Positions 20,765 through 29,845 of a stretch of DNA of 45,405 nucleotides are shown here, one piece after another. The notes below the pieces were generated by a model that saw only the letters and a list, made by a program, of their open reading frames with translations, did not search any database and was not told the DNA's origin. The translations under genes and the position numbers were made by a program. Source of the stretch: Anaerolineales bacterium (GTDB lineage: Bacteria; Chloroflexota; Anaerolineae; Anaerolineales; Villigracilaceae); contig JBAVJG010000018.1 in the NCBI GenBank assembly GCA_049687655.1, forward strand, positions 1-45,405, read 5' to 3'. Positions within the stretch are counted from its first letter, which is position 1. Every line of letters begins with the position of its first letter.

Positions 20765-22051
20765 TCAGGGCGAATCCCCCGCAAGGATACCACGGATGAC
20801 CTCTACAACCGCATCTTGCGCGACTGTAACCTGCTCGCCATTAGCCAAATTTTTGACCGCAACCTGACCTTTCTCCGCTTCGTCAGGTCCCAGTACGAGC
20901 GTGACTCTGGCTCCGATGCGATCTGCATATTTGAATTGCTTGCCCAGCTTGGTTGTTTCAGGATAAACCACAACCTTCAAACCCGCCACACGCAATTTTG
21001 TCGCCAGGTTCAACGAAGCTAACTGATGTTCATCATCAAAAACGGTCACAAGTACAGGTGCGGGGTTTACGTCCAAGTCCGCAGGTAGCAAACCATATTT
21101 CTCGAGCAGCAGCGTGACAACCACATCTCCCATCGCAAACCCAACAGCCGGAAGCGAATCGCCCCCTACATCTGACAACAGGTTATCGTAACGCCCGCCA
21201 CCCAGGATGGAACGCCGAATCTCGCCGCCCACCTCCCAGGCCTCAAAAACCGTACCCGTATAGTACAGCAAGCCGCGCATGATCGAAGGATCGAATTGCA
21301 CAAAATGACTCAATTCCAGGGCTTCGATCGCTTTGTAAAAGCGCACTTGCTCTGGCGATTGCTTCCAAAGTTCCTTGTCATCCAACATGGCCTTCATATT
21401 TTCAAATTGAGCGTCAGACAGGCCGATTTCTTTTCCATATGCCTCCCATTCATCAGGCGACAGCTTCTCGCGTCGGTCAATCCAGGAGGAGACCGCCGGA
21501 CGAATTTCCGTCCTGATATCGAACTTGTCGAATTGGGCATCGATCAGACGGCGGTCATTGACCAGTATCATGACCTCGTTCGGAGTCAACCCTACGCGCT
21601 GGAAGAATGTCGCCAACACGGCAACGTTCTCCGCATCCGCTTCGGGGGTGTTGGGGCCGAGCATATCCACATTCCACTGGAAAAATTCTCTTGTGCGTCC
21701 CTTCTGCGGACTTTCATAACGCCAGAAAGGCCCGAACGACCACCAGCGCAGCGGGAAGACCAACTGTTGCTGTTTCTGGGCGATCAGGCGCGCCAGGGAT
21801 GGGGTCAACTCAGGGCGCAGTGTGATCTCGTTCCCACCGCGGTCCGTGAAAACATAGGACTGCTCTTTGACCAATTCTTCGCCTGATTTAGCGGCGTACA
21901 GGTCGAGGGTCTCGAGAAGAGGCGCTTCCCATTCCTGGTATCCAAATGATTCGGCCACATCCCTGGCTGTCTGGTATAACCAGGAACGGACGGCCATCTG
22001 TTCCGGGTAAAAATCGCGTGTGCCTTTAACGGGTGGAATGACGTTTTTCAT
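20765..22051 (-). CDS. hisS: Histidine--tRNA ligase
   Basis: Contains KGTRDFYPEQ and class II motif 2 (YVFTDRGGNEITLRPELT). Further class II elements are WYESPQKGRTREFFQWNVD, the C-terminal GGGRYD, and the anticodon-binding domain. The start could be at 22051 or 22060. Confidence 0.92.
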   Translation of the reverse strand: MKNVIPPVKGTRDFYPEQMAVRSWLYQTARDVAESFGYQEWEAPLLETLDLYAAKSGEELVKEQSYVFTDRGGNEITLRPELTPSLARLIAQKQQQLVFPLRWWSFGPFWRYESPQKGRTREFFQWNVDMLGPNTPEADAENVAVLATFFQRVGLTPNEVMILVNDRRLIDAQFDKFDIRTEIRPAVSSWIDRREKLSPDEWEAYGKEIGLSDAQFENMKAMLDDKELWKQSPEQVRFYKAIEALELSHFVQFDPSIMRGLLYYTGTVFEAWEVGGEIRRSILGGGRYDNLLSDVGGDSLPAVGFAMGDVVVTLLLEKYGLLPADLDVNPAPVLVTVFDDEHQLASLNLATKLRVAGLKVVVYPETTKLGKQFKYADRIGARVTLVLGPDEAEKGQVAVKNLANGEQVTVAQDAVVEVIRGILAGDSP

Positions 22052-22187
22052 GAGCGTCATTTTAGCACAAGAAACCAGATATAGAGTGACATTCATGTCG
22101 CATTACATTAGCCCAGTCCCAAAATTCAGCCCTTGAATTATGTGATTCAAAGGGCTATAATCCTCGCATTCCTTTAAGGAGTATTTC

Positions 22188-22988
22188 ATGGAAATCAATT
22201 ATCAGGAAACCAGTAAAGACCTATTGGTGCGTATCGACATCCACGCCAAATATGGCGCGGCGAACATCGACCAATGGACGGTAGACTTGCTTAAGCCCCA
22301 ACCAGGCTTCAAGATTTTAGATGTGGGCTGCGGTTCTGGGAAGCAGTGCTTCCTCTATAACGATTATGTCACGGGACAGGCCGAGATTATCGGCGGTGAT
22401 TTCTCGGAAGAGCTACTCGACAAAGCCCGCGCCAAAAACGAAAAGCGTGGCACGGACATAGATTTCATGTTCCTGGACTTCAACAAACGCTTCCCCTTCG
22501 AAGACGATCAGTTCGACCTGCTCTCCTCAGCCTTCGCTATCTATTACGCCTCAGACCTGGACTTTACGTTTGGGGAGGCGCACCGCGTGCTAAAACCCGG
22601 CGGAAGGCTGTTCGTAACCGGTCCACTGCCGGAGAACAAGCAGATGTTCTACGACATTATAAAAGAGGCCACTAACAAGCCTATCCCGCCCATGCCTGGC
22701 TCCAGCCGGTTCAAGGGTAATATTTACGGAACCATCGAGAAAATCTTTGCCAAGACCGAACTACACGTATTCGAAAACCCGCTGACCTTCCCAGAAGTCC
22801 AGCCATTCATGGATTACGTGCGCGCCTCCCTCTCGGAGGACCGCAAGTTGTGGACCAGCATGTTCAATAATAAGGACGAGTACGAGGGGCTGATCCAAAG
22901 TATCGAAACGGTGGCAACCCGCAGGTTCGAAAGAGACGGGAATCTTGTGATGACCAAAGTCGTTGGCGGCATTATGGCAACCAAATAA
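22188..22988 (+). CDS. Class I SAM-dependent methyltransferase
   Basis: Motif I ILDVGCGSGKQ, a post-I acidic residue, and LKPGGRLFV. Confidence 0.75.
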   Translation: MEINYQETSKDLLVRIDIHAKYGAANIDQWTVDLLKPQPGFKILDVGCGSGKQCFLYNDYVTGQAEIIGGDFSEELLDKARAKNEKRGTDIDFMFLDFNKRFPFEDDQFDLLSSAFAIYYASDLDFTFGEAHRVLKPGGRLFVTGPLPENKQMFYDIIKEATNKPIPPMPGSSRFKGNIYGTIEKIFAKTELHVFENPLTFPEVQPFMDYVRASLSEDRKLWTSMFNNKDEYEGLIQSIETVATRRFERDGNLVMTKVVGGIMATK

Positions 22989-23063
22989 AGTTATTTCCTC
23001 GGAGACACGGAGTCTCAGAGTTATAATCCATTCTCCGTGACTCTGTGATTCTGTGATGATAAT

Positions 23064-23699
23064 ATGATCTTTTATGGCAAACGAGTCCTCTTCCTTGGCG
23101 CCCATCCTGATGATATCGAGTTGGGTGCAGGCGCGCTAATCCACAATATCCGTGGACAGAGCGAGATTCTGTGCGCAACCCTGTCCGACAACCAGAAGAA
23201 CCCCATGCTGAAAAATGTGGTTGAAGAGCACCGCGCCAGCATGGCCGTATTAGGCGTAGCGGAAGAGTGTGACCTGATCGAAACCTTTGAGACACGCAAG
23301 TTCCCGGAACTGCGGCAAGAGGTTCTGGAGTATCTGCTTAAACTTCGGCGAGAATTCAAACCGCAAATCGTCTTCTGCCACAGCCAAAATGACATTCACC
23401 AGGATCACAACGTGGTGACCCAGGAGGCCTTACGCGCCTATCGCGGCCTGACTGTTCTAGGCTTCGACGTGGTACGTTCCAGCTATAACTTCTTCCCGCA
23501 CTTTCTGGTCGAAGTGAACGAAGTAGATGTGGATAAAAAGATCGAGGCCCTCTCTCAATATAAGACCTACCACGGCAAATACTATTTCGATCCAACCCTG
23601 CTGCGCGCCACCATGATCCGGCACGGCACGCTGGCCGAGTGTGATTTCGCCGAAGGATTCGATATATTGAGGATTGTAGGTAAATTTGAGACTTGTTAG
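23064..23699 (+). CDS. PIG-L/LmbE-family deacetylase
   Basis: Contains GAHPDDIELGAG and HQDH, the zinc-binding motifs of the PIG-L family. Confidence 0.8.
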   Translation: MIFYGKRVLFLGAHPDDIELGAGALIHNIRGQSEILCATLSDNQKNPMLKNVVEEHRASMAVLGVAEECDLIETFETRKFPELRQEVLEYLLKLRREFKPQIVFCHSQNDIHQDHNVVTQEALRAYRGLTVLGFDVVRSSYNFFPHFLVEVNEVDVDKKIEALSQYKTYHGKYYFDPTLLRATMIRHGTLAECDFAEGFDILRIVGKFETC

Positions 23700-23711
23700 C
23701 AAGGAGGTACG

Positions 23712-24248
23712 ATGCGCACTCGTAGCACCCTGATTATGTCCGGCATTTTACTGACCATCCTTTTGAGCGCCTGCAACCTGCCCGGCGACAATGAGGAAGC
23801 GCAGGATGAGGTTTCCACCTGGGTCGCTACAACTCTGACCGCACAGGCAGCTTTAGCCCCCATTCCAACATCAACGCTAATTCCCGAAGTCGATGTCACA
23901 ATGGCGCCCAGCCCAATTGCTACCGAGATCTTACTCACTTCCACGCCCCAGAACCCGCTTGTGTTGGAAACAACCTTGTGTTGGAAGGGCCCCGGCGTGC
24001 AATATGAAGTAGTCAGCGCGTTGAAAAAGGATGAGCGTGTTGAGTTGATCGGCCAGGGTAGTATCTCTGGCTGGTGGATCGTGGATAATCCGATCTACCA
24101 CGACCCGTGTTGGGCACAGGCCAAAGATCTGCTCATCGAGCCAGGCTACAATATCGTCACATTGCCAATCTATACACCTCCACCCACTCCCACGTCCACG
24201 CCCACGAACACACCCACAGCTACACCGACGGCCACGAACACACCATAA
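23712..24248 (+). CDS. Lipoprotein with SH3b-like domain and Thr/Pro-rich tail
   Basis: Leader with lipobox LLSACN. The central block CWKGPGVQYEVVSALKKDERVELIGQGSISGWWIV resembles bacterial SH3. The C-terminus is TPPPTPTSTPTNTPTATPTATNTP. Confidence 0.55.
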   Translation: MRTRSTLIMSGILLTILLSACNLPGDNEEAQDEVSTWVATTLTAQAALAPIPTSTLIPEVDVTMAPSPIATEILLTSTPQNPLVLETTLCWKGPGVQYEVVSALKKDERVELIGQGSISGWWIVDNPIYHDPCWAQAKDLLIEPGYNIVTLPIYTPPPTPTSTPTNTPTATPTATNTP

Positions 24249-24478
24249 AATTGGATGCGGTATATATCCGCCTTCAACTCAAAATCATTAAGACAGACAA
24301 GCCTTGCAAGGGATTACCTGGATAATCTGCGCAAGGCTTGAGCTTCAATTGGGAGAATAGTACACCTTACAAAACTGGTAACGCAAAATTTGTCAATTCG
24401 AATATAAATAAAGCGAGGCGGCAGGACAAACTCTCTCTAGGGTCTGCGCGCTACACAACAAAACATTGAGGACATCGC

Positions 24479-27400
24479 ATGGAACTTTTGCAAAACACAC
24501 CAGCCTCCAAAGTAGCGCCAATCTCCTACGATTTTTTCTTCAACAATCTTGAATACTACTTGAGCAAAGGCAGGGGCGTCTCTCTTTTTGAGGCAGATGA
24601 GATCGCTATCACAAGCTTTGCGGATCAATGCGTGCGATATGGCTGCTCACCGATTACGCTCAGACTCTCATCCCTGGGGGATTCCATACCGGAACTTACC
24701 GGATCGAATGGTTTCGTTGTCATTATACAAGACCTGCCTTTTGAGAATTTTCTGCAGCAGGCCGCAGTCATCGCTGACAAGCTCATATTCCCGTTCTGGT
24801 TTAATCAAATATCAATGTGCTTTTTCTCCATCCCCAGGCGCAGCGCTTACAACGACCTGCCTTTAAGCGGGGATGAACTGCATAAAAATTATGGAACGGT
24901 GATCAATTCCCTTCTGTGCGAGCAGATTTTCGTCTTGCTTGAGCGAGTCAACATCCAATTTTCCAACTCTGACTTTATCCACCTGTCCGCACATAAAATC
25001 TTCTACACTCCTATCGAAGAAAAGCTGCTGCACGCGCTGAATATGCACAAAATGCCCTGTCAGCCCCAAGTACGGATCGGCCGCTATACGGTCGATTTCC
25101 TGGTAACTCTCGACGACGGGAACAGGAAAGTCATTGTCGAGTGCGACGGCAAAGCCTACCATGTCCCAGCCAAAGACCTAGAACGCGATAAAGTGTTTGC
25201 ATCCGAGGGCTATCCGATTTGTCACCTCTCCGGGGCAGAGATACTTGCCGATGTTGAAACTTGTATTGAGGTTATACAGAAAACGTCAAAGCATAGCCAG
25301 GCCTCTCCATATCCGTTGGATGTTGACCTGGACCCCAGCCAGATGTCGGCAGTAGGCAGCGTCACAGGGCCGATCAGGGTGTTGGCTCCGGCAGGCTCTG
25401 GAAAGACAAAAACTCTGATCAACCGTATCCTCAACCTGCTCAATCAGGGTATCCCATCCGAAAAGATCCTGGCGTTGGCGTTCAATAAAAAAGCCCGTGA
25501 TGAGATGCAGGAACGCCTGGAGCGAAAAGGTATCCACGCTATCCAAGTGCGCACCTTTCACTCCCTGGGATATGAAATCGTACGTGAAAGTCTGGGCTGG
25601 ACCTTTTCCGGGTCAGCGCATAAGAATCTCTCTCGCGATCTAATGCGGAACGCCATCCGCCAGCACACTGAGTTGCCATCCCTGCGAAATAAGGATCCCC
25701 TGGATGCGTTTCTGGATGGTTTGCGCAAGGCCAAAATGGACCTGCCTCCCCTGACCACGCTGACAGTTGAATATGGCGAGCGTATTTACCCATTTGAGCC
25801 GATATTCTATAGTTACCTGAAGGCCCAGTTGGACAGGAATTACCTGGACTTCGACGACATGATTTACCTGGCGCTGCGCGTCTTGCTGGACGATTGTTCA
25901 CTGCGTCGCGCCTACCAGTCTCACTTTGAGTTTGTCCTGGTGGATGAATTCCAGGATTTGAACCAGGCCCAATTGCTGCTGCTGCAAGTTCTGTCCCTGC
26001 CAGAAAACAACGTGTTTGCCGTCGGTGATGATGACCAGATGATTTATGGCTTTCGCGGAGCAGAGGTGCGTCATATCATCGAATTCGATAAACGCTTTCC
26101 GATTTCATCCAGCCATGTTCTGAACACGAATTACAGGTCCAGCCGCATGATCGTACGCCACACCGGCTGGCTGATCGACAAAAATAGCGACAGGGTTAGC
26201 AAAAATATTCAACCACGCCCGGGTGCGCAGGAAGGCAGTTTCGAAATATCAGGCAACACGTCAGTCCTCGAGCAAGCTGAGTATGCAGTTCATTGGCTGA
26301 TGGAACACAAAACCAGAAACAATCTTCGCTGGAGCGATTATGCTTTCCTTTATCGCTACAACGCCTATCAATTCCCGGTGGCCATCGTCCTAGATACTTT
26401 GAACATACCCCATACACCCTTGTCCGGTCAGAACCTCCTTCAAACCCGAGTAGGGAAGGATGTTTATTCATACTTGCAGGTCATCCTGTCTCCCCTCGAG
26501 GCAACTCCCAAAGACTTCGAGTGTGTGCTCAAACGCCCCAATAAATATTTCACCAACCAATTGATCGCACGTGTGCGGGACTGGAAATCTTTTCAGCATT
26601 TGCCACAGGTTCCAAACCTGAGGGACTGGGAACGGGAAAAGTTGATCGATTTCATCAGTCGAATTGAGACCTTATCCAGAAAGGCGCGGGATCAGAGCAT
26701 CTCAACGATTGATTTTCTACACACCTTAAAAATAGACCTCGGCCTGACAGATTTCTACCGAGACCAATCGCGCATATCCGAGGATCTCGACCAGGCCAGC
26801 GACGTAGATTTATTGGAAGTAATCATTGCCCTGTCCGGAAATTTCAAAACAGTGAAAGATTTTTACGAATTTGTGTGCAATTCCATCGACGACAGTGAAA
26901 CAGATTCAACGAACACCGATATAGCCAGGGATGAGGTATATCTGGGTACTATCCACCGGGCTAAAGGCAAAGAGTTCCAAAATGTCGTTTACTTTAACTT
27001 GAGCAAGAACGGTACATTTTCCGAGAAAATAAGGGAGGAAGAAGAAAGACGCGTGGCTTACGTTGGAGCAACACGTCCTAAAGATAGTTTATTGATCACT
27101 TTCCCATCCGCGAAGCCCTCGATTTTTCTCTCGGAAATATGCCTAAATCCAAAACTCAAAGGCATTACAGACGAATATCTTGAACGCTGGTCTGCTTCGA
27201 CGAAGATGCGTCTGAAGAAAGAGAGAATGAAACAAGGGCAGCTCGAACTATACAGAGAAAAACAGGTCGCCCGGTTCGAGAAATTAACAGAAGGTCATAC
27301 ATCTGATAAGGCGGCACTCTTGCTGCGATTGACATGGTTGATTGCAAATTGGCGCATCCGGATAGCACAGGAAAAGATCGAAAGCCTGAATAAACGGATC

Positions 27401-27520
27401 AGAACCCACACGGAAAAAGTCGTTGAGCCCTTGCTGGTTGAGTTGAACGATTTGGATGAGGAAATAAAGCTCAGGAAGGCGATCAAACCAGCCCCAAAAT
27501 CTGGAGATTTTGGACAATAA
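24479..27520 (+). CDS. UvrD/PcrA-type SF1 helicase with embedded DUF559 (Vsr-like) endonuclease domain and uncharacterised N-terminal domain
   Basis: Helicase motifs: APAGSGKTKT (I), VDEFQDLNQAQ (II), VGDDDQMIYGFRGA (III), NYRSS (IV), TIHRAKGKEF and YVGATRPKD (V/VI). Upstream, at about 25073..25250, is RIGRYTVDFLV...VIVECDGKAYH...ERDKVFASEGYPICHL, typical of DUF559. The first 190 aa or so have no motif I recognise. The C-terminal 100 aa or so look like charged coiled coil. Confidence 0.8.
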   Translation: MELLQNTPASKVAPISYDFFFNNLEYYLSKGRGVSLFEADEIAITSFADQCVRYGCSPITLRLSSLGDSIPELTGSNGFVVIIQDLPFENFLQQAAVIADKLIFPFWFNQISMCFFSIPRRSAYNDLPLSGDELHKNYGTVINSLLCEQIFVLLERVNIQFSNSDFIHLSAHKIFYTPIEEKLLHALNMHKMPCQPQVRIGRYTVDFLVTLDDGNRKVIVECDGKAYHVPAKDLERDKVFASEGYPICHLSGAEILADVETCIEVIQKTSKHSQASPYPLDVDLDPSQMSAVGSVTGPIRVLAPAGSGKTKTLINRILNLLNQGIPSEKILALAFNKKARDEMQERLERKGIHAIQVRTFHSLGYEIVRESLGWTFSGSAHKNLSRDLMRNAIRQHTELPSLRNKDPLDAFLDGLRKAKMDLPPLTTLTVEYGERIYPFEPIFYSYLKAQLDRNYLDFDDMIYLALRVLLDDCSLRRAYQSHFEFVLVDEFQDLNQAQLLLLQVLSLPENNVFAVGDDDQMIYGFRGAEVRHIIEFDKRFPISSSHVLNTNYRSSRMIVRHTGWLIDKNSDRVSKNIQPRPGAQEGSFEISGNTSVLEQAEYAVHWLMEHKTRNNLRWSDYAFLYRYNAYQFPVAIVLDTLNIPHTPLSGQNLLQTRVGKDVYSYLQVILSPLEATPKDFECVLKRPNKYFTNQLIARVRDWKSFQHLPQVPNLRDWEREKLIDFISRIETLSRKARDQSISTIDFLHTLKIDLGLTDFYRDQSRISEDLDQASDVDLLEVIIALSGNFKTVKDFYEFVCNSIDDSETDSTNTDIARDEVYLGTIHRAKGKEFQNVVYFNLSKNGTFSEKIREEEERRVAYVGATRPKDSLLITFPSAKPSIFLSEICLNPKLKGITDEYLERWSASTKMRLKKERMKQGQLELYREKQVARFEKLTEGHTSDKAALLLRLTWLIANWRIRIAQEKIESLNKRIRTHTEKVVEPLLVELNDLDEEIKLRKAIKPAPKSGDFGQ

Positions 27521-27575
27521 AAAATACTGAAATCCAATTGACCTCCAGTATCAACATTTTTTAGATCGAGATTTA

Positions 27576-27923
27576 TTATGCCTTAGGCACTCCTAGAAAA
27601 ATCACCCCATCCCGTACCTGAACAGGGTAAGCCGGGATGTCCACAACTGCCGGCATAGACATCACCTTGCCAGTGCGAACATCGAACTCTGCTCCGTGAC
27701 GGGGGCAAACGACGTTGAAACCTTCGATGTCACCATCACCAAGCGGGCCATCGTCATGGGTACAGACGTCACCTATCGCAAATAATCCCCCGGCAATGTT
27801 AAAGATCACGATGGGTGTATCACCGATATCAACGAACATTCGCTCGCCGTTCGGTAATTCGCTGATCGGGGCGATTTCCAAAAAGTCTACTTTTTCTTCT
27901 TCAAGTTGAGTGTAGTTGAACAT
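27576..27923 (-). CDS. Rieske [2Fe-2S] domain ferredoxin
   Basis: CTHDDGPL ... CPRHGAEF (C-x-H ... C-x-x-H). 115 aa. It is the last gene of the suf operon. Confidence 0.85.
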   Translation of the reverse strand: MFNYTQLEEEKVDFLEIAPISELPNGERMFVDIGDTPIVIFNIAGGLFAIGDVCTHDDGPLGDGDIEGFNVVCPRHGAEFDVRTGKVMSMPAVVDIPAYPVQVRDGVIFLGVPKA

Positions 27924-28013
27924 GAATATCCCTCAGCAATTAGCGTTCAGCTATAAGCTCTAAACTGTAAGAGGCCAGCATTTCAAGAGAAAGCTAAACG
28001 CTTACAGCTTTTA

Positions 28014-28409
28014 CTATTCCACCAAATCATCACTGGCTTCCCCTAAACCGTATACACCAGCCTTGAGCACCTTGAGAGAAAGCAAGGCACACTTCAAACG
28101 TACAGGTCCCAGGTCGATGCCCAGTAAATCCAGCACATCTTCTTTGTTTAGCTTTTTAACTTCGTCCAAAGATTTCCCATGGATGGATTCAACCAAGAGG
28201 TCTGCAGAGGCCTGAGAGATGGCGCAGCCTTTGCCCTCAAAAGCTGCTTCGGTTACTTTGTCTTGGCCGTTAACCCGAATGGTGATTTCGATGTGATCGC
28301 CGCATAACGGATTGTCATCCTCGAACTGGATGTCGTGCGGGTCAAGATATCCGCGGAATTGCGGGCTTTTGTAGCGTTCAATGATCTGTTCGCGGTAGAG
28401 GTCGTCCAT
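28014..28409 (-). CDS. sufU: SufU (NifU-N-like) sulfur acceptor or scaffold
   Basis: Three conserved Cys in the contexts NPLCGD, GKGCAIS and RLKCALL. Confidence 0.88.
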   Translation of the reverse strand: MDDLYREQIIERYKSPQFRGYLDPHDIQFEDDNPLCGDHIEITIRVNGQDKVTEAAFEGKGCAISQASADLLVESIHGKSLDEVKKLNKEDVLDLLGIDLGPVRLKCALLSLKVLKAGVYGLGEASDDLVE

Positions 28410-28498
28410 AATCAGTCTTATAAGTCGAACAAGTCTGAGCAGTCTAACATGTCAATACCTAACCGGTTGACTTGTAAGACCATTAGACTTGCCAGACT

Positions 28499-29725
28499 TT
28501 ATCCAAAAATCTCCTTGACTTTGTATATTCCCTCGATCAGCTTGTCCACTTCTTCTTCCGTATTATAAAGATAAAAACTGGCACGTGACGTTGCGGTGAT
28601 GCCATATTTTTCATGCAATGGTTGAGCGCAATGATGACCGGCACGGACGGCGATACCATCTCGGTCAAGGATCTGCGCTACATCATGCGGATGCACACCA
28701 TCGAAGGTGAACGCAGCCACCCCGCCTTTATCCTGTGCGCTGGGGCCAAACAACTTCACCCCCGGGACTTCTTCCAATCGCTCGAGGGCATACTCCGTTA
28801 TCTCGTGTTCATGCGCGGCGATAGCCTCCATCCCGACCGAATTCAGGTAATCTACCGCCGCCCCGAAACCGACTGCCTCAGCGATGGCCGGGGTTCCAGC
28901 TTCGAACTTATGCGGAACCGAATTGGGGACGAAACCATCCAGGTGGACGGTCTTGATCATATCGCCGCCACCCAGGAACGGAGGCATTTCCTGAAGCAAA
29001 TCCATCTTGCCATACAGGGCGCCGATACCTGTTGGTCCACACATCTTATGTGCCGAGAAGGCCAGGAAATCCGCATCCAGCGCCTGGACGTCGACGGGAA
29101 AATGTGGCACGGATTGGGCTCCATCTACAAGTGTGATTGCCCCAACCTCATGCGCCAGACGGATGATCTCAGCCGCAGGGTTGATCGTACCGAGGACGTT
29201 GGACATGTGCGTAAACGAGACCAGTTTTGGGTCCTGTTTCAGAAGCGCGCGATAGGCGTCCAGGTCAAGCAGGCCATCGTCTGCCACAGGGATGAATTCG
29301 AGGCGTACCCCACGTTCCGCTTTCAGCATATGCCATGGAACAAGATTGGAGTGATGCTCCATCTCGGTCAGGATGACCAGGTCACCTGACCTAAGATTGG
29401 CGCGCGCCCAGGTGTACGCTACCAGGTTGATTGATTCGGTAGTGTTGCGGGTATAGATGACTTGTCTGGGAGAAGGCGCATTGATAAAACCGGCGATTTT
29501 TTCGCGCGCAGCCTCATACATCGCGGTCGCTTCTTCGGCCAGGGTGTGAATACCGCGATTAATGTTGGCATTTGTATGACGATAGAACGCATCCATAGCC
29601 GCGATAACGGAGGCAGGCTTTTGAGAGGTAGCGGTCGAATCGAGATAGACCACCTGAACCCCCGGCCTTGTCTCTCTGTTCAGGATGGGAAAATCAGCAC
29701 GAATGCGAGTAACGTCGAAGCTCAT
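28499..29725 (-). CDS. sufS: Cysteine desulfurase SufS (group II)
   Basis: PLP lysine in SAHKMCGPTG, and the catalytic loop RAGHHCAQP. Confidence 0.92.
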   Translation of the reverse strand: MSFDVTRIRADFPILNRETRPGVQVVYLDSTATSQKPASVIAAMDAFYRHTNANINRGIHTLAEEATAMYEAAREKIAGFINAPSPRQVIYTRNTTESINLVAYTWARANLRSGDLVILTEMEHHSNLVPWHMLKAERGVRLEFIPVADDGLLDLDAYRALLKQDPKLVSFTHMSNVLGTINPAAEIIRLAHEVGAITLVDGAQSVPHFPVDVQALDADFLAFSAHKMCGPTGIGALYGKMDLLQEMPPFLGGGDMIKTVHLDGFVPNSVPHKFEAGTPAIAEAVGFGAAVDYLNSVGMEAIAAHEHEITEYALERLEEVPGVKLFGPSAQDKGGVAAFTFDGVHPHDVAQILDRDGIAVRAGHHCAQPLHEKYGITATSRASFYLYNTEEEVDKLIEGIYKVKEIFG

Positions 29726-29845
29726 TGCAACGATTTTTTCTGATCTAGTACCCGGATCATAAGCTTATGATTGATAAACAGGAGTTACGCAGTCCTAATA
29801 AAGTGACTGTATTTGTTCATCAATCAAAAATACCTTTATCAGGCA

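Noticed and set aside
22052-22187. Possible T-box leader upstream of hisS (T-boxes are known in Chloroflexi).
   Set aside because: Only about 130 nt are available, and the reverse complement contains no T-box consensus (no GGTGGTACCGCG-like block) or specifier architecture.
23042-23057. Tandem TCTGTGAT TCTGTGAT direct repeat just upstream of the PIG-L gene.
   Set aside because: There are only two 8-nt units, and the match is compatible with chance. No further copies or symmetry support a function.
24170-24245. Repetitive ACN-CCN codon run that looks like a tandem DNA repeat.
   Set aside because: It encodes the Thr/Pro-rich tail of the lipoprotein. It is a low-complexity coding linker, not a repeat array or CRISPR.
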